DNA of 64,000 bases from Octopus sinensis (Eukaryota): the NCBI RefSeq assembly GCF_006345805.1, contig NC_043012.1:38254001-38318000 (forward strand). Direction: 5' to 3'. The translations under genes and the position numbers were made by a program. The notes beneath the pieces are model-generated. The model made no database searches. It saw only the letters and a list, made by a program, of their open reading frames with translations, and was not told where the DNA came from. This document shows, piece by piece, positions 1-10,543 of the stretch. Numbering within the stretch: position 1 is the first letter of the stretch; every line of letters starts with the position of its first letter.

Positions 1-59
1 TAGGGCAGAGAAGCTCATTGTATGCATTCCCAGATTACACACGCAAATTCACAGGTAAA

Positions 60-1305
60 ATATGTATTTAAAAATTAATAAATAAATAAATTCATGGATG
101 GATGTTATTTTTACAGCGATAGTGCTCTTTTCAGTACATGAGCCGTTCCAGTTAATACGATTTTTTGCACCTCCTGTAGGGATGGTAAGCTTGGAATCAT
201 TTTCAAATAGGTTTCAGTACCTTTTTTTTTTATCATTCCTAGAGATCTTACAATCACTGGTACTGTAGTCGCCTTGAGATGCCACATTTTTTCAATTTCT
301 ATTAGCAGGTCTTTATATTTACTAATCTTGTCAAATTCTTTCGCCGCTATATTGTGATCACAGGGAATACTCATGTTAATTAATAAACACATCTTTTTTG
401 TCGGATCTTTTATAATAATATCCGGTTTATTAGCTTTTATAGTCCTGTCGGTCTGCACGGAGAAGTCCCATAGAATCGACACATTTTCTCCCTCCGTCAC
501 AGCTTCAGGATGATGTTTATACCATTTGTCAGCGGTTTTGATTTTATAATGCCGACATATTGTCCAATGTAAATAATAGCCGACTCTGTCATGTCTTGCT
601 TTATATTCTGCAGGTGCTAAGACTCTACACCCTGAGATTAGGTGGTCTATTGTTTCAATCTCATCGTTACAGAATCGGCATTTTGGGTCAGCTCCATTTT
701 TTATCACATTGGCTTGGTAGTTCCGGTTAATAAGCTTTGGTCTTGAGCAGCTAATATGAAACCTTCACTCTCTGCTTTTAGCCCTGAACTTCGTAACCAT
801 AGATGCGTGTGTTTCTGGTCGACATCAGCTTGTTTGCTACGGGCCACATACTTGCCATGGGAAGGTTTCTGTTCCCATCTGCTAGCTAAATTTTCATGTG
901 CTTTTGTCTTTGCAATTAATTTTATTTTCTTTGCAGCTGCAGTTGGCGCATTTCCTTCAGCCTGCTCAATCTGGTGGGTATCTAAGAGATCAGCAGCGAT
1001 TTTGTTTGGTCTGTTTGAGAATAGAGTGAAGTTTTTTTTAGGTCTTTCATGTTTTTCAACAAGTTTTAACATCCAATCGTTGGTTGCTTCAAGGTATTTG
1101 GCCAGTCCGATTGTGGTGGTTTTCTATGTAAGTTCAATCTGGATCAAACCTCGACCTCCCTGAGCTCTGGGAAGGTAAAGGCGATCCACGTCTGCCTTTG
1201 GATGGTGCATCTTATTACAAGTCAGTAGCTTGCGGATTTTCCTGTCAATTTTCATTATTTCACTAGTATTCCAGTTAAGCACATTGAAGCTATAAAGAAC
1301 AATTA
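60..1305 (-). mobile_element. R4/Dong-clade RLE non-LTR retrotransposon, 5'-truncated, degenerate (copy 1)
   Basis: Minus-strand frames give post-RT region MHHPKADVDRLYLPRAQGGRGL, CCHC knuckle CRFCNDEIETIDHLISGC and RLE motif ANKPDIII...KYKDL; stops and frameshifts present. Confidence 0.85.
111..707 (-). pseudogene. Zinc knuckle + PD-(D/E)xK restriction-like endonuclease part of R4/Dong ORF
   Basis: 198-aa ORF with CxxC-x8-H-x4-C, RHD motif, KPDI and KxxKY. Confidence 0.85.
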
Positions 1306-1326
1306 TTATTATTGTTCTTTATAGCT

Positions 1327-1327
<1 letters not shown>

Positions 1328-1373
<46 letters not shown>

Positions 1374-1417
1374 TAATAATAATAATAATAATAAGTATAA
1401 TAATAATAATAATGATA

Positions 1418-1448
<31 letters not shown>

Positions 1449-1604
1449 GTATAATAATAATAATAATGATAATAATAATAATAGTAATAATAATAATAAT
1501 ATTAATAATGACAATAATGATAATGATAATAATATTAATAATAATAATATTAATAATAATAATATAATAATAATAATAATAGTTATAATAATAATAGTAA
1601 TATT

Positions 1605-1654
<50 letters not shown>

Positions 1655-1666
1655 TAATAATAATAA
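1328..1666 (+). repeat. (TAA)n microsatellite with GAT/TAT variants
   Basis: Direct reading. Confidence 0.95.
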
Positions 1667-2178
1667 AAGAATTAGACCAAAGCCAAACTTACAAATACTT
1701 AGGAATCCATGAACTAGATAAGACACAACACACACAAATGAAAGAGAAAATAAAAAAAGAATATTATAGACGAGTTAGATCAACACTAAAGATAGAGCTC
1801 AATGCTAAAAACAAGATAATAGGTATCAACACTTTAGCTGTCCCAGTTATAAGTTACAGCTACAATATCCTTAACTGGACACGAAATGAACTGACCAAAA
1901 TAGATAGGAAAACAAGAAAAATAATGACAGGATCTAGGATGCATCACCCAAAATCTGACATAGAAAGACTATATATACAACGTATAGAAGGTGGTAGAGG
2001 CCTTATACAGCTGGAAAACTACTATAAAATAACCACCATAGGACTGCAAAAATATCTACTTCAGAAGGAAGGAAAACTGATCCAGATAGCGGCAAAACAC
2101 GAGCAAAACAAAAAACTGTTCTCAGTATTTAAGGAAGCTGACAAATACAAACAAGAAATCATACCACCTAATAAACAT

Positions 2179-2265
2179 GAAGAAGAAGAAGAAGAAGAAG
2201 AAGAAGAAGAAGAAGAAGAAGAAGAAGAAGAAGAAGAAGAAGAAGAAGAAGAAGAAGAAGAAGAA
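2179..2265 (+). repeat. (GAA)29 inside the LINE ORF, in frame
   Basis: 87 nt of pure GAA, translated as poly-Glu in ORF 1312..2322. Confidence 0.95.
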
Positions 2266-2425
2266 GATGAAGAAACAACAAAAGCTATAAAACAAATGAA
2301 ATCCAAACTAAAAATAGAATAGCAACGAACCATGATAAAACGATGGCAAGAAAAGCCCCTTCATGGTAAATACTGGACTAAACTAAACGCAAAAGAAATA
2401 GACAAAAAAAAAATCCGAGCAATGG

Positions 2426-3112
2426 TTGAGAAGCTCAGGACTCAAAGCAGAAACAGAGGGATTTTTAATTGCAGCACAAGACCAAAGCCTCCCCACCAGA
2501 AATTACCAAAAACATGTAATGAAAAGAAATATTACAAGTAACTGCAGAATATGTGGAGATGGACAAGAAACAATAAATCATATTATCTCTAGCTGCCCAG
2601 TCCTGGCTAAGAAGGAATATATTCACAGACATGACAGAGTTGGAACCTACATACATTGGAAACTATGCCAACATTATGGAATAACAACAGAAAAAAGATG
2701 GTATAGGCACACACCAGAAAAGGTCACAGAAAACGAGAAAGCAACCATACTCTGGGATATGCCGTTACACACAGATAGAGAAATTAAGGCTAACAGACCA
2801 GATATAGTTGTCAGAGACCATGAAGAAAAAAAATGCTTTCTAATTGATGTATCAATACCGGCAGATGACAACGTGTCTCTAAAAGAAATGGAGAAACTCT
2901 CAAAATACAAAGACCTGGAAATAGAGGTAACTAGAATGTGGAACCTGAAAACAGGAACAATTCCTATCATAGTAGGTGCATTAGGCATGATAAAAAAATA
3001 TTCAGACAAATACATAACAAAAACACCAGGACTTACAAACAAATGTAACATACAGAAAATTGCACTACTAGGCACTGCACACATCCTACGCAGAACACTT
3101 TCCATACAATAA
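2426..3112 (+). pseudogene. Zinc knuckle + RLE domain of R4/Dong ORF
   Basis: 228-aa frame with CCHC, RHD, RPDI and KxxKY motifs. Confidence 0.85.
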
Positions 3113-3210
3113 CCATCAGAGCATCACAACAAATCACAGCACATACCCAAGGCACACAGAGCTGCGCTCGGTAGTGAAGTGAAAGCACGCTATAAAAATA
3201 AAACTACTGA

Positions 3211-3241
3211 ATAATAATAATATAATATAATAATAATAATA

Positions 3242-3284
<43 letters not shown>

Positions 3285-3309
3285 TGTTATTATTATTATT
3301 ATTATTATT
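3211..3309. repeat. (TAA)n that flips to (TTA)n at ~3284
   Basis: Direct reading. Confidence 0.95.
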
Positions 3310-4190
3310 GAGTGAGAGAGCAGAGAGAGTGAGAGATTTAGAGTATGACTGAAACCTTGGGGAGAAGAAGTAGCGAATATCTTCATGTAATACAACACAG
3401 ACATTTAAATAGGGTTTATCAAGGGTGTCGGCATTCCTTGTCAGTACAATCGTTTGGATTTTTCTGTGACATGGTTCCCCTGGGATCTTATTTAACTGTT
3501 TCTGACATCCCTTTTTATTATACATAGGACCAGTTCTCGCTTTAAGATACCACATCTTTTGCATTTCAATTTCCAGGTCCTTATATTTACTTTTGTCAAA
3601 TTCCTTGAGATATATATATTTTTATCTGTGGGAACACTTACATCTATTAATCTACAAGTATTTTCGTCCCTGTCTTTAATAATTATGTCTGGTCGATTGA
3701 CTGAAAAATCCCAGAGGTTAGTAATATATTTACTTCCAATGACTGGCTCAGGATGATGTTCATACCAGTAAGCAAGAGTCTGATTTTGTAGTGTTTACAT
3801 ATTTTCCAATGTAAACACCGTCCTAATCTATTGTGGCGATTTTTGTATTCGTTTGGTGTCAGCACAGGACATCCCGAGACGAGATGTTCTACAGTTTTGT
3901 CAAATGTGTCGCAGAATCTCCATTTAGAGTTCGAACCGTTATGAAGAATGTTAGCCTGGTAGTTTTTTGTGAGCAAGCTTTGATCTTGTGCCGCCAATAT
4001 GAAACCTTTGTCTCTGCTTTCAGTCGTGAACTTCTGAGCCACTGATGGGTTATTGTTTGGTCTGCATCAGCATTTCGACTTCCAAGTATATACTGTCAAT
4101 GTAAAGGTTTCTGGTTCCACTGCTCCCCAATTTGTTTCTGCCCTTTCTTTTTTGCAGTCTGCATGATCCGTTCTGAGGCAGTGATTTCAG
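3310..4190 (-). mobile_element. R4/Dong-clade RLE LINE, degenerate (copy 3)
   Basis: GFILAAQDQSLLTKNYQ...RFCDTFDKTVEHLVSGCPVL...RHNRLG, homologous to copies 1 and 2; 3' UTR ends CTGCTCTCTCACTC then (AAT)n. Confidence 0.8.
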
Positions 4191-4191
4191 G

Positions 4192-4230
<39 letters not shown>

Positions 4231-4250
4231 CTACCACCACCATCACCACC

Positions 4251-4281
<31 letters not shown>

Positions 4282-4394
4282 CCACCACCATCACCATCAC
4301 CACCACCACCATCACCATCACCACCACCACCATCACCACCACCATCACCATCACCATCATCATCATCATTATCATCACCATCAGCATCATCATC

Positions 4395-4462
<68 letters not shown>

Positions 4463-4468
4463 TATTAT
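4192..4468 (+). repeat. Compound (CAT)n/(CAC)n microsatellite
   Basis: Direct reading; source of the poly-His/Asp/Met ORFs. Confidence 0.95.
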
Positions 4469-5592
4469 TTCTATTAATTACTCGACCAAATACTATGGGA
4501 TAAATACTATATAGGTGATTTAGAGGCAAGGTTGTATCAGACTTGAGGACTGGGTTGCAGAAGACTTGGGAGAAGGCTGTAATTAATTAGGGTTCAAAGC
4601 TGAACTAGATTTAATCCCCCCCCCCAGTACTTGTATAGCAAGGAATTTGATATCAGAATTCAATGGTAACTAAATATGTTAAAAGAACTGACTCAGCTCT
4701 GTTGTTCCTCAAAGAAGGAACGGAAACTTTATAAATAGAACCCCGATGATTACGTATCCATAACGGATGCATATTTTATAGCTACTCTGCGCCATTAGGG
4801 GTCACAAGCATGCGTCTATATTCTGATCCAAAAGTGAGCCCCAGCAGGTTAGCTTATTTAAGCTGATTACATATTTAAAACCATGCAAACTATCAGGTGT
4901 AGATAGAAAACGTTTGATAAAAAGGATACACAAAGAGTCGATAAACAATGGAAATAAAAGGAACACAAGAACACACGAAGAATATGAACAAAAAATGAAC
5001 ATTGACCTTGAACAAGCAAAACAAAAGCGAAGAGAATGCCACCTCTGGAATATTGGCAAACAAAAGCTGAACGAAAGATAATACGAGGGAGATCTAAGTG
5101 TAGAATGTTCTGAAGTTGGAAAATTTTAAACATGAAAGGAATCTAAATATGGAAATAGCTGAATAATTAAAATTGGTTGATCTCCTTAGGGACCAATAAT
5201 ATACATTCGTAAAGATGAAACTTCACGAGAAAACAATAACAATAACAACAACAGCAACAACAATGACGATTAGGTTGATGCAAAACTAATTGCAGGTTTT
5301 GTTTTCTCAAAGTTTTAGTATTTTAACTTATTTTAAATTTTAATGTTTAATTCAAAATGAATTTCTTTTTAACCATGTTTATGGAATACCACCTCCATTT
5401 TGAAGCATAGAAGTTTTTCTGTTTGTTTCTGTTAATGTTTTGGTCATTTCCGTTTATTCTTCTATTTCGTAGGTTGCTAAATTAAAGATGAAAAAGAATT
5501 ATAAAATCTCAAATTCGAGAGATTTTATAGCATAAGTTGAAACTTGTTTGCAAACCAGCAGAAGCTTCTCGCAATATCAGACAAGGTTCTAA

Positions 5593-5965
5593 GGCGGCGA
5601 GCTGGCAGAAACGTTAGCACGCCGGGCGAAATGCTTAGCGGTATTTCGTCTGCCGTTATGTTCTGAGTTCAAATTGTGCCGAGGTCGACTTTTCCTTTCA
5701 TTCTTTCGGGGTTGATTAAATAAGTACCAGTTACGCACTGGGGTCGATATTAATCGACTTAATCCGTTTGTCTTCTCTGTGTTTAGTCCCTTGTGGGTAG
5801 TAAGGAAATAGGTATTTCGTCTGTCTTTACGTTCTGAGTTCAAATTGTGCCGAGGTCATCTTTGCCTTTCATCCTTCCGGAATTGATAAATTAAGTCCCA
5901 GTTGCGCACCGGGGGTCGATCTCATCGACTGGCCTCCTTCCCCAAATTTTGAACCATGTGCTTAG
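5593..5965 (+). mobile_element. tRNA-derived SINE, head type H1 (GGCGGCGAGCTGGCAGAA), with duplicated core
   Basis: A-box-like head, B box GAGTTCAAATT at 5665 and 5836; core GCCTTTCATCCTT..GGG.TGATAAATTAAGTACC resembles the Meta-domain as I recall it. Confidence 0.8.
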
Positions 5966-6495
5966 TCTAAGAAAGAATATCAGAGAAGGATCTGCTGGTC
6001 AGGTGACAGTGCTGGAGATGAGATGAGTCAGATCGAAGGCTTCATTTGAGAGCGATTAGTGGAGCAAATCCACCCGAAACACCTGATGAGGCTGCAGAAG
6101 AACTAAGCATTGACAGAGATTGACAGAGAAGTTTGAAAAATGGTCAGCGCCGAAGTTGAAAGGAAAAGGAATAGAAAAATTGCTTATGAGAAACACTACA
6201 GTGAGTCATTAGTTTCTTTAGCGTAATAAAACGATTTATTTCTTGACCGAGTGCGTGCAAGCACAGGAACACACACACACACGAACATAAACACACACAT
6301 ACACATATAAACACATACATACATCTGCATATAAACACAAATATACATATAAACAAACACATACATAAACGCTCACGTATATACATATAAACACATATAC
6401 TTACTAAAATAAACACACATGAACATGTACAAACAAGCACACAAAATATATATACACATACACATACACACACAATCACGTATATCACACACATA

Positions 6496-6661
6496 GGCGC
6501 AGACGTGGCTGTGTGGTAAGGAGCTTGCTTCCCAACCACATGGTTCCAGGTTCAGTCCCACTGCGTGGCACTTTGGGCTAGTGTTTTCTACCATAGCCAC
6601 GGGGCCGACCAAAGCCTTGTGAGTGGATTTGGTAGACGGAAACTGAAAGAAGACTGTCGTG

Positions 6662-6704
<43 letters not shown>

Positions 6705-6705
6705 G

Positions 6706-6741
<36 letters not shown>

Positions 6742-7003
6742 TGTATGTATGTACGTAGGTAGATATATCTGTGTGTGTGTGAGTGTGTGTCTGTACTTGT
6801 TTCCCCGCCATCGTTTGAGAACCGATGCTGGTGTGTTTATGTCCCGTAAACCTAGCGGTTCGACAAAAGGGTTGGATAGAATAAGTACTAGACTTGCACA
6901 GAACAAGTCCTGGGGTCGTTTTGTTCAACTAAAAAAATTCCTTTAAGGTGGTGCTCCAGCATGGCCACAGTCAAATGACTGAAACAAGTAAAAGAATAAA
7001 AGA
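6496..7003 (+). mobile_element. tRNA-derived SINE, head H2, internal CA/TATG microsatellite, tail T1
   Basis: GGCGCAGACGTGGCTGTGTGG head, B-box-like GGTTCAGTCCC, CORE-like segment; homologous to 23497-23890. Confidence 0.8.
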
Positions 7004-7148
7004 CTACAAACACGCACAAAGACATAGAAAGACAAATATACACACGAACACACACACACACACACACACAGAAACACAAACCTACATAAAAAAACGCATA
7101 CACCTGTAAACACAGATGCATACACACCGACATACGCACATAAATGGA

Positions 7149-7450
7149 ACTCCGTCGGTTACGACGACGAGCGTTACAGTTGACCCAATCAACGGAACAG
7201 CCTAGTCATGAGATTAAGGTGTAAGAGGCTGAGCACTCCACAGACACGCGTACCCTTAGCGTAGGTCTCAAGGAAACTCAGAGGGACACAGAGAATGTGA
7301 CAAGACTCCCTCCCTGTGAATTACTGGTACTTCTCATTTTTGTCAGCTGAGTAGACTGGAGCAATGTGAAATAAAGTGTCTTGCGCAAGCACACAGCTCA
7401 CGACCTGCGATCGTCAACCGAATACGCTGATCACTAAACCACGCGCCTTC
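7149..7450 (-). mobile_element. tRNA-derived CORE-like SINE, head H4, tail T3
   Basis: Reverse complement starts GAAGGCGCGTGGTTTAGTG, carries GCAAGACACTTTATTTCAC; homologous to 24242-24562. Confidence 0.75.
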
Positions 7451-7519
7451 ACACACACACACTCATAAACATTCATATACACACGTAAATACACACACAC
7501 ACATCATATATATATTTTT

Positions 7520-7729
7520 TTCTACTCTAGACACAAAGCCCGGAATGTTTGACGAGCGGGCGAGTCGATTAGATCGACCCCAGTAAGCAAGTGGTACTTA
7601 ATTTATCGACTCCGAAAGGATGAAAGGCAAAGTCGACCTCGGCGGAATTTGAACTCAGAACGTAAATACACAAGAAATACAGCTAGGCGTTGCGCCCGGC
7701 GTGCTAACGATTCTACCAGCTCGCTACCT
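7520..7729 (-). mobile_element. tRNA-derived SINE, head H1
   Basis: Reverse complement matches the 5593 head and core (GAGTTCAAATTCCGCCGAGGTCGACTTTGCCTTTCATCC). Confidence 0.8.
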
Positions 7730-7744
7730 TCTCATTTAGATATA

Positions 7745-7900
7745 TTCTTTTATTCTTTTACTTGTTTCAGTCATTTGACCGCGGCCATGCTGGGGCACCG
7801 CCTTTAGTCGAGCAAATCGACCCCAAGCCTAGTTCTTATTCTATAGGTCTCTTGCTGAACTGCTAATTCACGTAAACACACTAGCATCAGTTGTCAGGCT
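7745..7900 (-). mobile_element. SINE tail T1 fragment
   Basis: Reverse complement matches 6830-7003 (GGTGC.CCAGCATGGCC.CAGTCAAATGACTGAAACAAGTAAAAG). Confidence 0.7.
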
Positions 7901-8089
7901 ATGTTGTGGGTGGGTGGGGGTGGGGGTAGGAACACACACATACATACATATATATATATAAATCTTCCTTCTTTCTTTCCTTTCCTGAGCGTCCAATGAC
8001 AATTTACTTGTTCCACGTCCTCGCGTTGTTTTCCATTTGTGTTTTCATGTTTGGATTAACTATGTATATATATATATATCACTGTGATA

Positions 8090-8196
8090 ACTGTGACAGA
8101 CCAGGCTATCAGATGTTGCTACACATCGCTGGTCACAATGCGCTTCGCATTGTTGTAGCCTTCAAATGACGCCACCCCGCTGGCTAAGCAAGCAGA

Positions 8197-8265
<69 letters not shown>

Positions 8266-8391
8266 ACATACATACGCTTCTTTCAGTTTCCGATTACCAA
8301 ATCCCCTCACAAGGCTTTGGCCGGTCCGAGGCTATAGTAGAAGACACTTGCCCAAGATGCCACGCATTGGGACTGAACCCGGAACCATGTG
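8090..8391 (-). mobile_element. SINE H2 body, internal (TA)n, tail T2
   Basis: CTTGGGCAAGTGTCTTCTACTATAGCC core; tail TCATTTGAAGGCT..AACAATGCGAAGCGCATTGTGACCAGCGATGTG. Confidence 0.75.
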
Positions 8392-8741
8392 ATTCACTAT
8401 GGTTTAACTATGCATTTAGTTACAGCAATATAAACTTATTTGCAAGATATAGAATCTTCAAACATTGTCCAAAGTGTGACTGCACGAATCACGTGATCAT
8501 TAATATTAATAATAAGCCCCCACCTCATTATAATGCAATTATCTACACAATATACTGATTTACTTGTGCATATTCTTTCATAATATTTAAAAATTGCTAA
8601 TAACCAGTTAGTAACATCGCTCTTCTTCCTGTTACTTGGCAAGGTTAGTGACCTGTCGCGTTTAGGAATCTTAGATTCGGTCTTAGTTATAAGTTCGTGT
8701 GCGCGCTCGCGTCTTTGTGTATGTTTTAGAGTTTGTGAATG

Positions 8742-8912
<171 letters not shown>

Positions 8913-9157
8913 CTTTCTCTATGTATGTATATGTGTGTGTAGGCATGTGTTTATAAACATTGTAAGCGCGTCATTCTTAATATCTAGACATCTGTATATG
9001 CTTATGGATGCCCATGTATATATATATTCACTGGTATGTCTGTATGTATGTATGTGTGTATGTATGTATGTATGTATGTTCCCATATGCTATGCTTATAA
9101 ACACAACGATAAATACTCGACACATTCTTCATATCTAGATATCTATATATGTATGGC

Positions 9158-9198
<41 letters not shown>

Positions 9199-9288
9199 TT
9201 ATACACACAAAATGAATTCATAAATCACATACATACATATACATATCACACACTCATATATATGTATATGTATATGTATATGTGTATG

Positions 9289-9319
<31 letters not shown>

Positions 9320-9390
9320 ATATGTATATAAATTTTTGCTGAACTCATCTCCATACCTAAAGTATATATATATATATATATATATATTGC

Positions 9391-9884
9391 AATGCTTATA
9401 TGCCAACATAACGTGGCAGTCCTGTAAATGACGACGTTACTGTTGTTTTAGCCCCAGGAAAACATCTTTTCCAGCTGGCTAACGAGACACAGTTACTGTA
9501 TTTATCTCTCTCAGAGATTTAAAACATGTTGTTTTTCTAGATACGAGATCAGCGACCGTGTGTCGCTCAAAGAATATAGAGTATTTGCGAGTGGAGGAGC
9601 TTGTGGTTGCCTCACACTGAGGGCAGATAACATTCAGAAACCTAGGTCTCTGAGTATCACGTAAGACCAGACATGGGAGTGATGACTTCCCCTGTAAAGG
9701 CTATATACGGACAAAAGACTATTGGTCGATAGCCAGCTGGAAAAGATGATTTACTGGGGCTAAAACTACAGTAGTTTCGTCCTTTATAGGACTGCCACGT
9801 TACGTTGGCATACAAACATTACTATTCGGAACTGTTACTGTATTTCTCTCACTCAGAGATAATAACATTTTGTTTTTCTCGATA
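9391..9884. mobile_element. Fold-back element with ~90-bp inverted arms, probably a PLE pseudo-LTR remnant
   Basis: 9391-9481 is the reverse complement of 9730-9820 (about 85% by eye); 9492-9543 is repeated directly at 9834-9884; degenerate hammerhead at 9611-9654; (TA)n flanks. Confidence 0.55.
9611..9654 (+). ncRNA. Degenerate minimal hammerhead ribozyme motif
   Basis: CTCACA-CTGAGGG-...-GAAACCTAGGTC-TCTGAG: palindromic helix III ACCTAGGT, GUC site, helix I 5/6 pairs; A9 mutated and helix II unclear. Confidence 0.4.
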
Positions 9885-9978
9885 TATATGTACACATATA
9901 TGTATATAAGTATATCTATATTTATATAAGTATATATATTATATATATATGTATATATATATATATATATATAATATA

Positions 9979-10016
<38 letters not shown>

Positions 10017-10451
10017 CACATTTATCTGCTCTCTCTGTCTCTCACTCTTTCTCTGTCTCGGTAAAAGAGAAATACGTTCGCTCTGCTCTCTCTCTCTCTC
10101 TCACACACACAGGCACGCACACATGTATGTATATTTATGCGTGTCCAATGTAGCTTATGTAGCCAAACATCTACTCGAGCTAACTATTACGAAACAGGTG
10201 TTAAAATATGGAATAGCATCTATTCTCTCGCATATATTCGCAATATATTAAGAGTTAATTGCGTCTCCGACAGTTTCAATCTATCTATCTGCCTACGTAC
10301 CTATCTATTTATCTGCCTACACGCACACACGTGTATCTGTATACACGCACACACACACGCACACACACACGCACACACACGCACACACACACGCACACAC
10401 ACACACACACACACGCAAATACACCCACACGCACACACGTGCATGTACGCA

Positions 10452-10499
<48 letters not shown>

Positions 10500-10543
10500 A
10501 TAAATATATATACATATATATATATTATATATATATATATATA

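Larger units (their letters stand above)
1667..3210 (+). mobile_element. R4/Dong-clade RLE LINE, 5'-truncated, with 3' UTR (copy 2)
   Basis: RT C-terminal region (YKYLGI...MHHPKSDIERLYIQRIEGGRGL), knuckle CRICGDGQETINHIISSC, RPDIVV...KLSKYKDL, ~100-nt 3' UTR ending ACTACTGA then (ATA)n; stop at 2320 and frameshift near 2410. Confidence 0.9.

Noticed and set aside
4050-4529. Poly-His/Asp/Met/Gly ORFs
   Set aside because: Translations of a CAT/CAC microsatellite; no flanking coding signal
4800-5100. Lys/Glu-rich open frame (LFKLITYLKPCKLSGVDRKRL...)
   Set aside because: Looks coding, but short and with no motif I can assign
6076-6090. GAAA directly followed by CTGATGAG
   Set aside because: Only 3 nt between the motifs; no hammerhead topology is possible
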